NCBI GenBank assembly: GCA_964610325.1
Contig: CAZSVO010000002.1
Location: forward strand, 204,475 to 268,474
DNA length: 64,000 bases
Origin: an uncultured Candidatus Izemoplasmatales bacterium
Lineage (GTDB): Bacteria > Bacillota_I > Bacilli_A > Izemoplasmatales > Hujiaoplasmataceae
Direction of reading: 5' to 3'
Shown: one piece after another, positions 49,042 through 60,050 of the stretch
Layout: each line of letters opens with the position of its first letter
Position numbering within the stretch: position 1 is the stretch's first letter
The notes under the pieces: model-generated
What the model was told of the DNA's origin: nothing
Seen by the model: the letters and a program-made list of their open reading frames with translations, nothing else
Database searches by the model: none
Position numbers and translations under genes: made by a program

Positions 49042-50488
49042 TTAAGAACCCTAAATTTCATATAATGGGTGATTAATTATAAGAGATCATTATAGAAATT
49101 ATCAGTTTTAAGAATTTTGTAAATAGAATGAACCATGTTTTTAGCTATAGCGAAAATAACGGTTGAATGATGTTTGTTTTCTTTACTCATCATCTTAAGA
49201 TATTTGCGTCTAAAATTTATTATCCTTGGTCTTTGGATTCACACAAGCAACCCTAGCGGCGCTATAAATGGCGGTACGTAAATACTTACTACCACGTTTA
49301 GAAATTCGAGTACGCTTACGTTTGTATTTTCCAGACTCATGGACGATGGGTTCAATACCGAAAAGAGATGTATATTTGTGTTTGTCAGGGAACCTACTAA
49401 TATCGCCAGTTTCACCTAGAATAGTCGCGCCATTAATAGGGCCGATACCTGGGACTGATGATATCTTTGGATAAAGAGTCATATGTTGAGAAATAAGTTT
49501 CTTTAGTTCCATATTTTGACCGCTGAAATGAATAATATTAGAAACACAAAACTTAATAAGATAAGCATTTAAGTTATTTGAATTTCCTATTGAGTTTTTC
49601 GCGATATGTTTTATAAGTTTGGCTTGTTCAATACGGTTTGAACGACTACGAATTCTTTGAGCTAAAGATTCAATATGAAGACCTTTATAATCACTTGGTA
49701 AAGGGAAATCATAAAGTAGATCTAAAGTCCATTTTGAAAATGGATTAAAGTGTTTAAGAAACTCGGGGAAGAACATTTGAAGTAATCTTTTAAGTTCGCC
49801 CTTAGCTTTAGTAAGGATTTGATTATTAGAATTATAGTCTCTAGATAATTGTTTTAACTCAAGTAAATGATATAATGGTGGTGTATAGGGATGGAGCCGA
49901 TTCAGGTTATGCATAAGGTGCCTACACACTGCTATAGCGTCAATTTTATCAGTCTTGGTCATGCGAGGTGACGCCGACTTACGACTGAGAGAAACTAACA
50001 TGGGGTTAGTGCAATATACAGTGTAGCCTTTGGATATCAGAAAATCTCGCAGATTATTATGATAGATACCTGTGGCCTCCATTCCTATACGAATATCGTT
50101 AACCGACTTCGTACAGGATTGAATAACTGTGTGAAGTTTTTTAAACCCCGAACGATTATTTTGGATAATAAAGTGATCATAAACGATTTCACCCAAATCA
50201 TTTATGATGATGATATCGTGTTTATCCATTGCGATATCAATGCCAATGAAAATCAAAATAAAAACCTCCTCGTTTGAATTATCCAAACGTCATGAAATCA
50301 CAAACAAATATAAATGTAACCTTGTAAATACACACTCAAGGTGTAACTAGCTAATTCACATTTATCATATAAGTTGGGTTGTACCCTCCCAAGCACACTC
50401 GAAGTGTAAGGAAAGAATGACACACTCCACAACGTTTGTAACTTCATTATAGGAGATTAAATAAATTATTTAAATACATTTTAAGAAC
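49042..50488 (-). mobile_element. IS110-family insertion sequence (about 1.45 kb); boundaries approximate
   Basis: IS110-type transposase. Long left-end non-coding region (about 200 nt) and short right end. The 8-mer TTAAGAAC occurs at both putative junctions (49042-49049 and 50481-50488). No terminal inverted repeats, as expected for IS110. Confidence 0.7.
49210..50286 (-). pseudogene. IS110-family transposase (DEDD N-terminal domain plus IS116/IS110/IS902 C-terminal domain); C-terminal ~40 aa out of frame (frameshift or sequencing error)
   Basis: N-terminal FIGIDIAMDKHD (DEDD motif 1). C-terminal VPGIGPINGATILGETGDISRF and KRGSKYLRTAIYSAA. The canonical tail (RRKYLKMMSKENKHHSTVIFAIAKNMVHSIYKILKTDNFY) continues in the +1 frame to 49095. 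The break is at a TTTT/AAAA run near 49210-49215. Confidence 0.75.
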
Positions 50489-50545
50489 AAAAAAAGAAAG
50501 GAGAAGTATAGTTAAATTAACTTAATTTAATTATACAAGGTTAAT

Positions 50546-50968
50546 ATGAAGAGTTTTACTATTGAAGAGATTAGTTTAGGAGATAATGCCAAAACAAGCA
50601 AAAGATTTGAAGAGGCGGATGTTTTGGACTTTGCAAGGATTTCAACGGATAATAATCCAGCACATATAGATAATGATTATGCATCAAAGACGATTTTTAA
50701 ACAACAAATCGTTCATGGAATGTTGGTTTCTTCGTTGTTTAGTGCTATTTTCGGGACGCAACTACCAGGACTTGGAACAATATATACCAAACAATCATTG
50801 AAGTTTACAAAACCGGTATATTTTGGAGATGAGATTACAGCAGAGGTGATAGTCAAAGATATCAACAAGGAAAGAAATCGAGTTGTTTTTGATTGCAAAG
50901 CATATAATCAATTAGGGGATATTGTTATTATTGGTGAAGCAGAACTGATGCCGCCTAGGAAGGAATAG
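50546..50968 (+). CDS. MaoC-like (R)-specific enoyl-CoA hydratase (hot-dog fold)
   Basis: Hydratase-2 motif ISTDNNPAHID followed by the catalytic His in IVHGML. Confidence 0.7.
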   Translation: MKSFTIEEISLGDNAKTSKRFEEADVLDFARISTDNNPAHIDNDYASKTIFKQQIVHGMLVSSLFSAIFGTQLPGLGTIYTKQSLKFTKPVYFGDEITAEVIVKDINKERNRVVFDCKAYNQLGDIVIIGEAELMPPRKE

Positions 50969-50971
50969 ATT

Positions 50972-51625
50972 ATGAAAGGATTTATTGATGAAAGTAAGTT
51001 TGTTGAGCTTTTAAAGGATGGAATGAGCATATCTGTTGGTGGTTTTTTGACTAACGGTACTCCAGAAAAACTCATTGATTTAGTTGTTAAAAGCAAGGTT
51101 AAAGATTTAACGATAATTTGCAATGATGCTGGATATGAAGATAAAGGTGTCGGTAAATTAATAGTTAATAAACAAGTAAAGAAGCTAATAGCATCACATA
51201 TTGGGACTAATCCTCAGGCTGGGAGTTTGATGCAGTCAGATGATTTAGATGTTGAGTTGGTTCCACAAGGAACATTAGCAGAAAGAATTAGAGCTTTCGG
51301 TGCTGGGTTAGGAGGTATTTTAACTCCTACTGGTGTTGATACAATAGTAGAGATTGATAAAGTGAAAATAGAAGTTCAAGGAAAGACATTTTTATTGGAA
51401 GAAGCTTTGGGGGCTGATATGGCTTTAATAGGCGGAGCTGTGTGTGATAGATTTGGCAACTTGAAGTATTCGCAAACAATGAGGAATTTTAACCCTGTTA
51501 TGGCAACTGCTGCCTCGATAGTTGTAGTCGAACCTTTTATGATGGTTGATGAAATTGATCCAGAGAATGTTATTACTCCAAGTCCTTTTGTAGATTATGT
51601 TTTGGTAGGTGAAAACAATGAATGA
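50972..51625 (+). CDS. atoD: CoA-transferase subunit A (acetoacetate:butyrate/acetate CoA-transferase alpha)
   Basis: 217 aa. Family I CoA-transferase alpha-subunit features (SVGGFLTNGTPE). Paired with a beta subunit. Confidence 0.8.
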   Translation: MKGFIDESKFVELLKDGMSISVGGFLTNGTPEKLIDLVVKSKVKDLTIICNDAGYEDKGVGKLIVNKQVKKLIASHIGTNPQAGSLMQSDDLDVELVPQGTLAERIRAFGAGLGGILTPTGVDTIVEIDKVKIEVQGKTFLLEEALGADMALIGGAVCDRFGNLKYSQTMRNFNPVMATAASIVVVEPFMMVDEIDPENVITPSPFVDYVLVGENNE

Positions 51626-52259
51626 TAAAGAGATAATTGCTTCAAGAATTGCTTTGGAGTTAAATGTTGGAGATTTAGTGAATCTAGGAATAGGTATTCC
51701 GACTTTAGTTGCAGATTATGTCCCGGAAGATAAACATGTTATTTTTCAAGCTGAAAATGGGATTATTGGATTAGGGCCATTAACTGATGAAGAGACAAAC
51801 ATTGTTAATGCTGGAGGGATGAAAGCCACTATTAAACAAGGGGGAGCTTTTATCGATACATTAACATCATTTACTTTCATTCGCGGAGGACATATTGATG
51901 TAACTGTTTTAGGAGCTTTAGAAGTTGATCAAGAGGGATCTTTAGCTTCTTGGATAATTCCCGGTAAAAAGGTTCCGGGCATGGGTGGAGCTATGGATTT
52001 AGTTACAGGAGCAAAAAGAGTAATCATCGCGATGAAGCATACTAATAAAGGCGAATCAAAGATCTTGAAGAAGTGTAATCTACCACTTACTGCCTCACAT
52101 CAAGCTGACTTAATTGTCACCGATATGGCGGTCATGAGTGTTGAACAAGATGGGTTACATCTTTTAGAGGTAAATCCAGCGTATACAATCGAAGAAGTAA
52201 TAAATGCTACTGAAGCAGATTTGATAGTCAAAGACGTCAAACCTATGAAAGGATTATAG
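51609..52259 (+). CDS. atoA: CoA-transferase subunit B
   Basis: 216 aa. Conserved beta-subunit Glu region (SENG... / AENGIIG). Confidence 0.8.
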   Translation: MKTMNDKEIIASRIALELNVGDLVNLGIGIPTLVADYVPEDKHVIFQAENGIIGLGPLTDEETNIVNAGGMKATIKQGGAFIDTLTSFTFIRGGHIDVTVLGALEVDQEGSLASWIIPGKKVPGMGGAMDLVTGAKRVIIAMKHTNKGESKILKKCNLPLTASHQADLIVTDMAVMSVEQDGLHLLEVNPAYTIEEVINATEADLIVKDVKPMKGL

Positions 52260-52260
52260 A

Positions 52261-52647
52261 ATGAAAACAATATTAAAGATGAGAATGTCCAATCAAGATG
52301 CACATTATGGTGGAAATTTAGTGGATGGAGCAAAGATATTAGCTTTATTTGGTGATGCAGCAACAGAATTATTGATTAGATTAGATGGTGATGAAGGGCT
52401 TTTTAGGGCTTATGAATCAGTTGATTTTCTAGCACCTATATATGCTGGTGATTTTGTGGAAGTTGAAGCAGAAATAGTTGAAGCAGGAAATACTTCTAGA
52501 AGAATAGAGTTCTTTTGCTATAAAGTTATCCAAGCTAGGCCAGATATTTCTCCAAGCGCTTGTGATGTTTTAGAGGAAAGAGTTTTAACAACAAAGGCGA
52601 TTGGAACTTGTATAGTTCCTAAAGATTTGCAAAGATATGATGGATAA
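52261..52647 (+). CDS. kal: Putative 3-aminobutyryl-CoA ammonia-lyase (hot-dog fold)
   Basis: 128-aa hot-dog-fold protein immediately upstream of kce in a lysine fermentation operon. Function assigned by size and context only. Confidence 0.5.
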   Translation: MKTILKMRMSNQDAHYGGNLVDGAKILALFGDAATELLIRLDGDEGLFRAYESVDFLAPIYAGDFVEVEAEIVEAGNTSRRIEFFCYKVIQARPDISPSACDVLEERVLTTKAIGTCIVPKDLQRYDG

Positions 52648-53467
52648 ATTGATAATAACTTGTGCTATAACCGGAGCAGAAGTCACTAAAGAGCAAAATC
52701 CGGCTGTTCCCTATACAATAGACGAAATGGTTGAAGCAAGTTATCAAGCATATTTAGCTGGGGCATCAATAATACACTTGCATGCAAGAGAAGATGATGG
52801 AACCCCTTCACAAGATAAGTATAGATATCTCCAAATCTATAAAGCGATTAAAGCAAAGATTCCAGATATTATTATTCAGGTTTCTACCGGTGGAGCTTTG
52901 GGTATGTCGAGAGAAGAAAGAGCAGATGTGTTGAATATGTTACCTGAAATGGCAACATTAGATTGTGGTAGTGTTAATTTCGGAGGAGATGACGTTTTTA
53001 TAAATACAGAAAATGATATCATTTATTTTGCAAGCAAAATGAATGATTTCAAGATTATGTATGAGATGGAATGCTTTGAAAAAGGCCATGTTGACCTTAC
53101 AAAAAGATTGATAAAGAAACAAATAATCAAACCACATTTTCATTACAGTTTTGTTTTGGGTGTTAACGGAGGAATGACTGGTGAAGAACGAGATTTTCTT
53201 TTTCTAAAAGATTCTATCCCGCAAGGGTCAACTTTTAGCGTTGCTGGGATAGGCAGATTTGAGTTTTCACTCGCAAGATTATCGATAATTCATGGCGGGC
53301 ATGTAAGAGTTGGTTTAGAGGATAATCTATATATTGAAAAGGGAAAACTTGCAAAGTCAAATAGAGAATTAGTTGAGAAAGTCTGCGAAATAGCTAAAGA
53401 ATACAATCGCGAGATTGCTTCTGTAATTGAGACGAGAAAAATACTTAAAATGGAGACTTCAAGATGA
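52637..53467 (+). CDS. kce: 3-keto-5-aminohexanoate cleavage enzyme (BKACE/DUF849 TIM barrel)
   Basis: 276 aa. N-terminal [11 protein letters not shown]... and IIHLHARE metal-binding His motif characteristic of Kce. Confidence 0.85.
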   Translation: MMDKLIITCAITGAEVTKEQNPAVPYTIDEMVEASYQAYLAGASIIHLHAREDDGTPSQDKYRYLQIYKAIKAKIPDIIIQVSTGGALGMSREERADVLNMLPEMATLDCGSVNFGGDDVFINTENDIIYFASKMNDFKIMYEMECFEKGHVDLTKRLIKKQIIKPHFHYSFVLGVNGGMTGEERDFLFLKDSIPQGSTFSVAGIGRFEFSLARLSIIHGGHVRVGLEDNLYIEKGKLAKSNRELVEKVCEIAKEYNREIASVIETRKILKMETSR

Positions 53468-54507
53468 TGAATTTATGTAGATATGGAACTCACAGGGTAA
53501 TTGAACCAATTGGTGCTTTGCCTCAATCAGCTACTAAGATTGATAATAAAATGACTTGTCATTCGAATGAAATTTTGGTTGATGTTGATACTTTAAACAT
53601 CGATTCAGCTTCTTTTACTCAGATAAAAGAAGTTTGTTTTGGCGATGTTTTTCAAATGAAGAAGATGATTTTAGATATAGTAGAAAAACTAGGTAAGATG
53701 CAAAACCCTGTAACGGGAAGTGGTGGAATGTTTCTTGGAAGAGTGAATCAAGTAGGTAGTGATTTGTGTTTAGAAATCAAACCAGGAGATAAAATTGCTT
53801 CTTTGGTTTCTCTGTCACTTACCCCCCTTGAGATTGAAGAAATAATAAGTATTGATTTAAGTAAGGATCAAGTAAAGATAATTGGTAAAGCAATTTTATT
53901 TGAGACAGGAATATATGCTAAAATACCAGATGATTTACCAGAATCATTGGTTCTTTCCGCTTTAGATGTTTGCGGGGCACCTGCGCAAGTAGATGTTTTA
54001 TGTAAACCGGGAAATAGTGTATTGATTATCGGCGCAGCAGGAAAGTCTGGTATCTTATGCTCTAGTCAAGCTAGAAAAAGTGTAGGAGAAAATGGGTTGG
54101 TTATTGGCTTTGTATATTCAAGTAAAGAGAAAAATGATTTAGATAAATTAGGAGTATGTGATTATATAATTCAAGGTGATGCTAGGAATCCGATGGAAGT
54201 ATATGAGAAAGTCAAGGCAGTATGTCCGGATTTAGTAGATGTTACTTTTAACGTGGTTAATGTTCAAAACACGGAGATGTCTTCAATTCTTCCTACAAAA
54301 AATACTGGGACTGTTTATTTCTTCTCGATGGCTACTTCATTTACAAAAGCTGCTTTGGGTGCAGAAGGTATTGCATCAGAAGCTTTAATGATAATTGGAA
54401 ATGGCTATACTAGGGGACATGCTGATTTTACACTGAATCTATTGAGAGAGTCTAAACCTTTATATGATTTATTCAATAGTAGATATGGAGTTAAAGAGAA
54501 TGATTAA
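53464..54507 (+). CDS. kdd: L-erythro-3,5-diaminohexanoate dehydrogenase
   Basis: 347 aa. Rossmann GAAGKSG. Size and position (kce-kdd-kamA) typical of the pathway. Confidence 0.7.
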   Translation: MMNLCRYGTHRVIEPIGALPQSATKIDNKMTCHSNEILVDVDTLNIDSASFTQIKEVCFGDVFQMKKMILDIVEKLGKMQNPVTGSGGMFLGRVNQVGSDLCLEIKPGDKIASLVSLSLTPLEIEEIISIDLSKDQVKIIGKAILFETGIYAKIPDDLPESLVLSALDVCGAPAQVDVLCKPGNSVLIIGAAGKSGILCSSQARKSVGENGLVIGFVYSSKEKNDLDKLGVCDYIIQGDARNPMEVYEKVKAVCPDLVDVTFNVVNVQNTEMSSILPTKNTGTVYFFSMATSFTKAALGAEGIASEALMIIGNGYTRGHADFTLNLLRESKPLYDLFNSRYGVKEND

Positions 54508-55747
54508 GATTAATGATAGTTACTTGGATAGAAAAATTAAATATTTTCCTAATGTTTTAGAAACCGAGTGGAATGATTGGCATTGGCAAGTTAGGAATAG
54601 AATAAAAAATGTTGATGAACTAGAGAGATATATAAACCTAAGTGAAGATGAGAAAAGGCAAATTTCTACAGTTTTATCTAAGTTTAGGATGGCTATAACA
54701 CCGTATTATCTCTGTCTTATTGATCCCCAAAACCCTGAATGTCCGATTAAAAAACAAGCTATCCCTTCGATTAATGAAATGCATATCGGAATTAATGATA
54801 TGTTAGATCCGTTAGCTGAAGATACAGATTCTCCTGTTCCAGGGCTAACACATCGTTATCCAGATAGAGTTTTATTCTTAATTACTGATATGTGTTCAAT
54901 GTATTGTAGACATTGTACAAGACGTAGATTTGCTGGTCAACACGATTCAAGAATGCCTCAAAACAGAATAGATCAAGCAATTGAATATATTAGAAATACT
55001 AAAGAAATCAGAGATGTTTTGCTATCTGGTGGAGATGCGCTTTTGGTTTCTGATGAGATTTTGGAAGATATTATTAGCAGATTAAGAGAGATAGAACATG
55101 TTGAAGTAATACGTATTGGTACTAGAACACCAGTAGTTTTACCACAAAGAATTACACCTGAGTTTGTTAATATGTTAAAAAAATATCATCCGATTTGGCT
55201 TAATACACATTTTAATCATTATGATGAGATTACTAATGAATCTAAGAAGGCTATTGATTTAATGGCAGATGCAGGTATTCCACTTGGCAACCAATCAGTG
55301 CTTTTAAGAGGTGTAAATGATTCTGTTGAAATCATGAAGAAGTTAGTACAACAACTAGTATCGATTAGAGTTAGACCATATTATATTTATCAATGTGATC
55401 TATCTTTAGGTATTGAACACTTTAGAACTCCCGTTTCTAAAGGTATAGAGATTATCGAAGGATTAAGAGGTCATACCTCTGGATACTGTGTTCCAACTTT
55501 TGTGGTTGATGCACCTGGTGGTGGTGGGAAGATTCCCGTTATGCCAAATTATGTGATTTCACAAGCCCCTGGGAAGATAGTTCTTAGGAATTATGAAGGA
55601 GTAATCTCAACATATACCGAACCAACGGATTATCATAATCACCAGGATAATGGTAGCTACTCTGGAGTAAGTGCACTTTTAGCTGGTAATAAAATATCAC
55701 TTGAACCTAAGGATTTAGAAAGGAAGAAAAGGATATTAAAAGGTTAG
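54500..55747 (+). CDS. kamA: L-lysine 2,3-aminomutase (radical SAM, PLP)
   Basis: Start revised to MIKINDSYL (ATG 54500). CxxxCxxC motif [12 protein letters not shown]. KamA-specific blocks ([12 protein letters not shown]; GGDALL). Confidence 0.92.
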   Translation: MIKINDSYLDRKIKYFPNVLETEWNDWHWQVRNRIKNVDELERYINLSEDEKRQISTVLSKFRMAITPYYLCLIDPQNPECPIKKQAIPSINEMHIGINDMLDPLAEDTDSPVPGLTHRYPDRVLFLITDMCSMYCRHCTRRRFAGQHDSRMPQNRIDQAIEYIRNTKEIRDVLLSGGDALLVSDEILEDIISRLREIEHVEVIRIGTRTPVVLPQRITPEFVNMLKKYHPIWLNTHFNHYDEITNESKKAIDLMADAGIPLGNQSVLLRGVNDSVEIMKKLVQQLVSIRVRPYYIYQCDLSLGIEHFRTPVSKGIEIIEGLRGHTSGYCVPTFVVDAPGGGGKIPVMPNYVISQAPGKIVLRNYEGVISTYTEPTDYHNHQDNGSYSGVSALLAGNKISLEPKDLERKKRILKG

Positions 55748-56724
55748 TTGAAAACATAAAACCTTATAGAGTTGTTTCTTTTTTTGGCAATTCAAAAAAC
55801 GCTGGAAAAACAACGGTAATGAATGCTTTTATAAGCAATTTTTTAGGTGTGATTGCAATAACTTCAATAGGTATGGATGGAGAGGAAATAGATCAAGTAA
55901 CTTTTCTGGAAAAACCAAGAATTCATGTCAAAAAAGGTGATTATGTTGCTACAGCAATTAAAACTCTTGATAGATTCACTTGTGATTATGATGTTGTAGA
56001 AGAAACTAAAATAACAACAGCTATTGGTAAAATAGTAATCTGTAGAATAAATTCTTATGGAAATGCATTAATAGCTGGTCCAGCAAAAACCAATGATATG
56101 ATTGATTTAATCAACAAACTTAATCTTTATAAGGTTGATAAAATTTTAATTGATGGAGCTTTTTCAAGACAGCATTTCGCAAAGATTTCTCAGGCATCTG
56201 TTTTTGTTGTTGGAGCTAATTACTCTTTTGATATAGGTAAAGTAGTTAAATCAGCTCAGTTGACATATAAGAAATATAATCTTGAGGAAACGAGGATAGA
56301 AAATCAAAAATTTTCCGATTACATTTCTTTAATTAAGAATAATGATGAGGTCATCATTTTGGATTATTCAACTTTAATAGGTAATACTCATAAATTTTTT
56401 AAACAATCCTTTGAAGATGTAAAAGCTATTTACCTTCCCAAAACCCTTACAGGTGAGTTTGTAAAACAGTTGATTAAAAACAGAAGAAAGATTAGTTTTG
56501 ATATTATTATAGATTCAGCCACTAATATACAATTATCAGATGAATTATTGGAACAACTCTTTATGTTGAACATGGAAATTAGTGTAGTAAATCCTATAAA
56601 AATAGTTACAGTATGTTATAATCCCTATTCACCAAGGGGATATGAATTCTTGGATTGTGAATTTAAGGAAAAACTAGAAAAAGTATTGGACATTGAAGTA
56701 ATCAATGTCTTGAAGGAAGTGTGA
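55735..56724 (+). CDS. BioD/CobQ-like P-loop NTPase of unknown function; start codon uncertain (track ATG at 55819; P-loop encoded upstream)
   Basis: In-frame upstream of ATG 55819 is [22 protein letters not shown]. This is a beta-strand plus a G-x5-GKT P-loop of BioD/CobQ spacing, followed by a helix. There is no ATG/GTG/TTG between the stop at 55708 and 55819; only ATT (55735) or ATA (55756) are available. Walker-B-like ILIDGAF occurs later. Confidence 0.45.
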   Translation: MKRLVENIKPYRVVSFFGNSKNAGKTTVMNAFISNFLGVIAITSIGMDGEEIDQVTFLEKPRIHVKKGDYVATAIKTLDRFTCDYDVVEETKITTAIGKIVICRINSYGNALIAGPAKTNDMIDLINKLNLYKVDKILIDGAFSRQHFAKISQASVFVVGANYSFDIGKVVKSAQLTYKKYNLEETRIENQKFSDYISLIKNNDEVIILDYSTLIGNTHKFFKQSFEDVKAIYLPKTLTGEFVKQLIKNRRKISFDIIIDSATNIQLSDELLEQLFMLNMEISVVNPIKIVTVCYNPYSPRGYEFLDCEFKEKLEKVLDIEVINVLKEV

Positions 56725-56725
56725 A

Positions 56726-58282
56726 ATGAATAAATTGAATTTAGATGAAGCCAAGATAAAGGCTTGTAGAGATTATGCAAACATCATTGCGGATGATGTT
56801 CAGAAATTTATCGATAAACATACCACAAAAAGTGTTGAAAGAAGTGTTTTAAGATTATTAGGAGTGGATGGAATTGATGAGTTTGGTGTTCCTCTACCCA
56901 ATCGAATTGTTGATGATGTTGTAGAAAATGGACAGATTCAACTTGGGATTAGCAGATATTTAGCAAGTGCATTGATTGCTACTAAAATGAACTTAGAAGA
57001 GTTCTTAAAGTATTATCTAGAAAATGACATATCTATCTGTAATTACTCTCTAATAGGAAAAGAAGAGACTTTTTTGGTGCTAAAAACTTATTATGAAAAA
57101 ACTTTTACAAGGATTATTGAAAATAAATTAAAACGTCAGAAGTTCTTAGAGATTTATCCACGTAAAAAAACTGACCTTTATGTAATAGTAGCCACAGGAA
57201 ATATTGACGAGGATGTAATCCAAGCTATTTCAGCTGCAAAAGCAGGAGCTGATATAATTGCGGTAATCCGTTCAACAGGACAAAGTTTACTAGATTATGT
57301 TCCTTATGGGAAAACAACTGAAGGTTTTGGTGGAACATATGCAACGCAAGAGAATTTCAAGATAATGCGTAAAGCGCTTGACGAAGTTAGTCAAGAACTT
57401 CATAGATATATTTATCTAGTCAATTATGCATCAGGGTTATGTATGCCTGAGATAGCCTCTATGGGCGCACTTGAAAGGCTTGACGTTTTGTTGAATGATA
57501 GTATTTATGGTATTATTTTTCGAGATATCAATATGCAAAGAACATTTGTTGACCAATATTTTTCCAGATTAATCAATGCGTTTTCTGGTATTATCATCAA
57601 TACAGGTGAGGATAATTATTTGACAACAGCTGATGCTGTTGAAGAAGCCCATACTGTCACTGCTTCGCAGTTTATAAATGAGGCATTTGCAAAAAAAGCA
57701 TATTTGAAGCCAGAGTTGATGGGATTAGGGCATGCTTTTGAGATTAATCCAGAAGTAGAGGATAGTTTTTTATTAGAGCTAGCTCATGCTGAGTTAGCTA
57801 GAGAGATTTTTCCAAAGGCAGTGTTAAAGTATATGCCGCCAACAAAACATATAAACGGTAATATTTTTAGAGCTTATCAACAAAACGCTATGTTCAATAT
57901 GGTTACTACTTTGACAGGTCAATCGATACATCTGCTTGGAATGATGACAGAAGCTATTCATACGCCTTATATGTCAGATCGTTATTTAGCGATTAAAAAC
58001 GCTGAAATGATACAAAAAACTATGAAGTCTTTGGCTGAAGAAATCAGTTTCAAACCAGGAGGGATAATTCAACAAAGAGCTCATCTTGTATTGGATGAAG
58101 CGTTGCTTTTGTTGAAGAAGATTTCCAAGAGAGGGATGTTCAATGCACTTTCCGACGGTGTTTTTGCTCAGACAAAAAGAGGAATATACAATGGCAAGGG
58201 GCTAGATGGAGTTTTTAAAAAATCAGAAGATTATGTCAATGTCATTTTGGAGAAAATGGAGGAATTCTTAAATGAGAATTAA
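56726..58282 (+). CDS. kamD: Beta-lysine (D-lysine) 5,6-aminomutase alpha subunit
   Basis: 518 aa TIM-barrel subunit immediately upstream of the B12-binding subunit. Size matches KamD (about 516 aa). Confidence 0.8.
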   Translation: MNKLNLDEAKIKACRDYANIIADDVQKFIDKHTTKSVERSVLRLLGVDGIDEFGVPLPNRIVDDVVENGQIQLGISRYLASALIATKMNLEEFLKYYLENDISICNYSLIGKEETFLVLKTYYEKTFTRIIENKLKRQKFLEIYPRKKTDLYVIVATGNIDEDVIQAISAAKAGADIIAVIRSTGQSLLDYVPYGKTTEGFGGTYATQENFKIMRKALDEVSQELHRYIYLVNYASGLCMPEIASMGALERLDVLLNDSIYGIIFRDINMQRTFVDQYFSRLINAFSGIIINTGEDNYLTTADAVEEAHTVTASQFINEAFAKKAYLKPELMGLGHAFEINPEVEDSFLLELAHAELAREIFPKAVLKYMPPTKHINGNIFRAYQQNAMFNMVTTLTGQSIHLLGMMTEAIHTPYMSDRYLAIKNAEMIQKTMKSLAEEISFKPGGIIQQRAHLVLDEALLLLKKISKRGMFNALSDGVFAQTKRGIYNGKGLDGVFKKSEDYVNVILEKMEEFLNEN

Positions 58283-59015
58283 ACCTTATGGGGATACCCT
58301 AAATGACGGAAAAATTCAGATTAGTTTTACATTACCACTTAAAAAGAGTAATCGAGCAATTGCAGCAGCTAAAGAGATTGCGTATGAGATGGGGCTAATT
58401 GACCCAAGTGTTGTTCATGCAGAAGATATCAAAGAAGGTTTTTGCTTTTTTGTGGTGTATGGTAGCGTTGGTTTTTCAATTGATTATGATAAAATTAAAA
58501 TAGAAGAGATATCTTCTAAAACATTATCTAAGGAAGAAATTGAGAGATTAATAACTAGTAATTATGATAGAGAGTTAGTTTTTGTTGGAGCATCGACTGG
58601 TACAGACGCACATACAGTTGGAATTGATGCAATAATGAATATGAAGGGTTTTGCAGGACATTATGGTTTGGAAAGATATAGAGGAATTGCTGCTTACAAT
58701 CTAGGATCTCAAGTACAAAATGAAGAATTCGTTAAGGTAGCAATTGAAAAGCAAGCTGATGTATTATTGATATCACAGACAGTTACTCAAAAAGATGTTC
58801 ATTTGAAAAATATGATTGAGCTTGTTGAGTTGCTTGAAACCGAACAAATAAGAGATAAGGTTATTCTAATTGCCGGAGGCGCAAGAATAACTCATGAGTT
58901 AGCAAAAGAATTAGGTTATGATGCGGGATTTGGACCTGGAAGTTTTGCAGAAGATGTCGCTTCATTCGCTGTAAATGAATTAATAAGAAGAAGAGGTGAA
59001 GAAAATGCCGGTTGA
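58272..59015 (+). CDS. kamE: Beta-lysine 5,6-aminomutase beta subunit (B12- and PLP-binding)
   Basis: DxHxxG cobalamin-binding motif (GTDAHTVGIDAI). Rossmann-like B12 domain. Overlaps the kamD stop. Confidence 0.85.
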   Translation: MRIKPYGDTLNDGKIQISFTLPLKKSNRAIAAAKEIAYEMGLIDPSVVHAEDIKEGFCFFVVYGSVGFSIDYDKIKIEEISSKTLSKEEIERLITSNYDRELVFVGASTGTDAHTVGIDAIMNMKGFAGHYGLERYRGIAAYNLGSQVQNEEFVKVAIEKQADVLLISQTVTQKDVHLKNMIELVELLETEQIRDKVILIAGGARITHELAKELGYDAGFGPGSFAEDVASFAVNELIRRRGEENAG

Positions 59016-59529
59016 TAAGTTAAAACATATAGCAACTAAATTTGGTGATTCTGGTTATTCAAAAAACTATGAAAATCAAAAATTTAAGAAAACAGACATT
59101 CTATTTGAAACCTTAGGAACTATGGATGAATTGAGTTCTTTTTTAGGGTTGACGTACCAATACTCAAAGAATGAGTTCATCAAAGAAATTCAAAGAAAAT
59201 TACAAAATATCAATTCTTTGATTGCTTCTAAACCAGATTCAATGCTATATAATAAATTGATTCAAATCATAGAAGCAGATGTTGAGTTGCTTGAGAAACA
59301 CATTCAAGATTTTCTTGATAAAAAACCTTTGGAAGGCAGATTTTATTTACCCGGAAGTGAAAAGACACAAGCGGGAGCTTATGTTGATGTTTCAAGAACT
59401 CTTGCTAGAAAAGCAGAGAGAAGATTGAATGCTTTTGTAGATATTACAGAGAGAACTGATTTGGAAATGTCAAAAAAGTATATCAACAGATTAAGTGATT
59501 ATCTATTTGTTTTAACCTTCAATACTTGA
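58996..59529 (+). CDS. PduO-type ATP:cob(I)alamin adenosyltransferase
   Basis: 177 aa. N-terminal TKFGDSGYS...LGTMDELSSFLGL matches the PduO-type ATR signature (TKTGDKGTT...GTVDELN). Confidence 0.8.
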   Translation: MKKMPVDKLKHIATKFGDSGYSKNYENQKFKKTDILFETLGTMDELSSFLGLTYQYSKNEFIKEIQRKLQNINSLIASKPDSMLYNKLIQIIEADVELLEKHIQDFLDKKPLEGRFYLPGSEKTQAGAYVDVSRTLARKAERRLNAFVDITERTDLEMSKKYINRLSDYLFVLTFNT

Positions 59530-59572
59530 AATTTGATGTTTGAAAAAACTTTGAATTTTCTTAGATTTTTTC

Positions 59573-59601
59573 TTTAATTCTAATGATGACTGTGTTATAA
59601 T
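59573..59601 (+). promoter_or_regulatory. Extended -10 promoter (TGtTATAAT) for the glm-mal operon
   Basis: TTTAAT -35-like element. TGTTATAAT at 59593-59601, overlapping the ATG used by the ORF track. Confidence 0.4.
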
Positions 59602-59644
59602 GTTTAATGTTATAAAAACGCTTACAAAAATCGGGGAGAATAGT

Positions 59645-60049
59645 TTGAAAACAATCGTTATTGGCGTTATTGGCGCTGATGTTCATGCAGTTGGAAATAA
59701 GATAATCGAGTACACCTTGACTAAGTCTGGATACAAGGTGATTAATATAGGGGTTTTATCTACACAGGAAGATTTTATTAATGCAGCAATAGAAACTAAC
59801 GCAAATATGATTTTGGTCTCTTCTTTGTATGGTCATGGAGAGATTGATTGTCGTGGAATGAGAGCAAAATGTATTGAATCTGGCATTGAAGATATTTTTT
59901 TATATGTTGGCGGGAATATTGTCGTTGGAAAACAAGATTTTTCTGAAGTGAAAAGAAGATTTATGGATATGGGTTTTAATCGTGTTTACCCACCAGGAAC
60001 ATCAATTGATGAAGCATTGCGAGACATAAAATCAGATTTAGGAGAGTAA
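59645..60049 (+). CDS. glmS: Glutamate mutase sigma subunit (B12-binding)
   Basis: Start revised to TTG 59645 (RBS GGGGAG 7 nt upstream). Gives a 134-aa protein colinear with clostridial GlmS ([18 protein letters not shown]; [17 protein letters not shown]; LYGHGEIDC; [10 protein letters not shown]; [11 protein letters not shown]). DxHxxG motif present. Confidence 0.9.
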   Translation: MKTIVIGVIGADVHAVGNKIIEYTLTKSGYKVINIGVLSTQEDFINAAIETNANMILVSSLYGHGEIDCRGMRAKCIESGIEDIFLYVGGNIVVGKQDFSEVKRRFMDMGFNRVYPPGTSIDEALRDIKSDLGE

Positions 60050-60050
60050 T

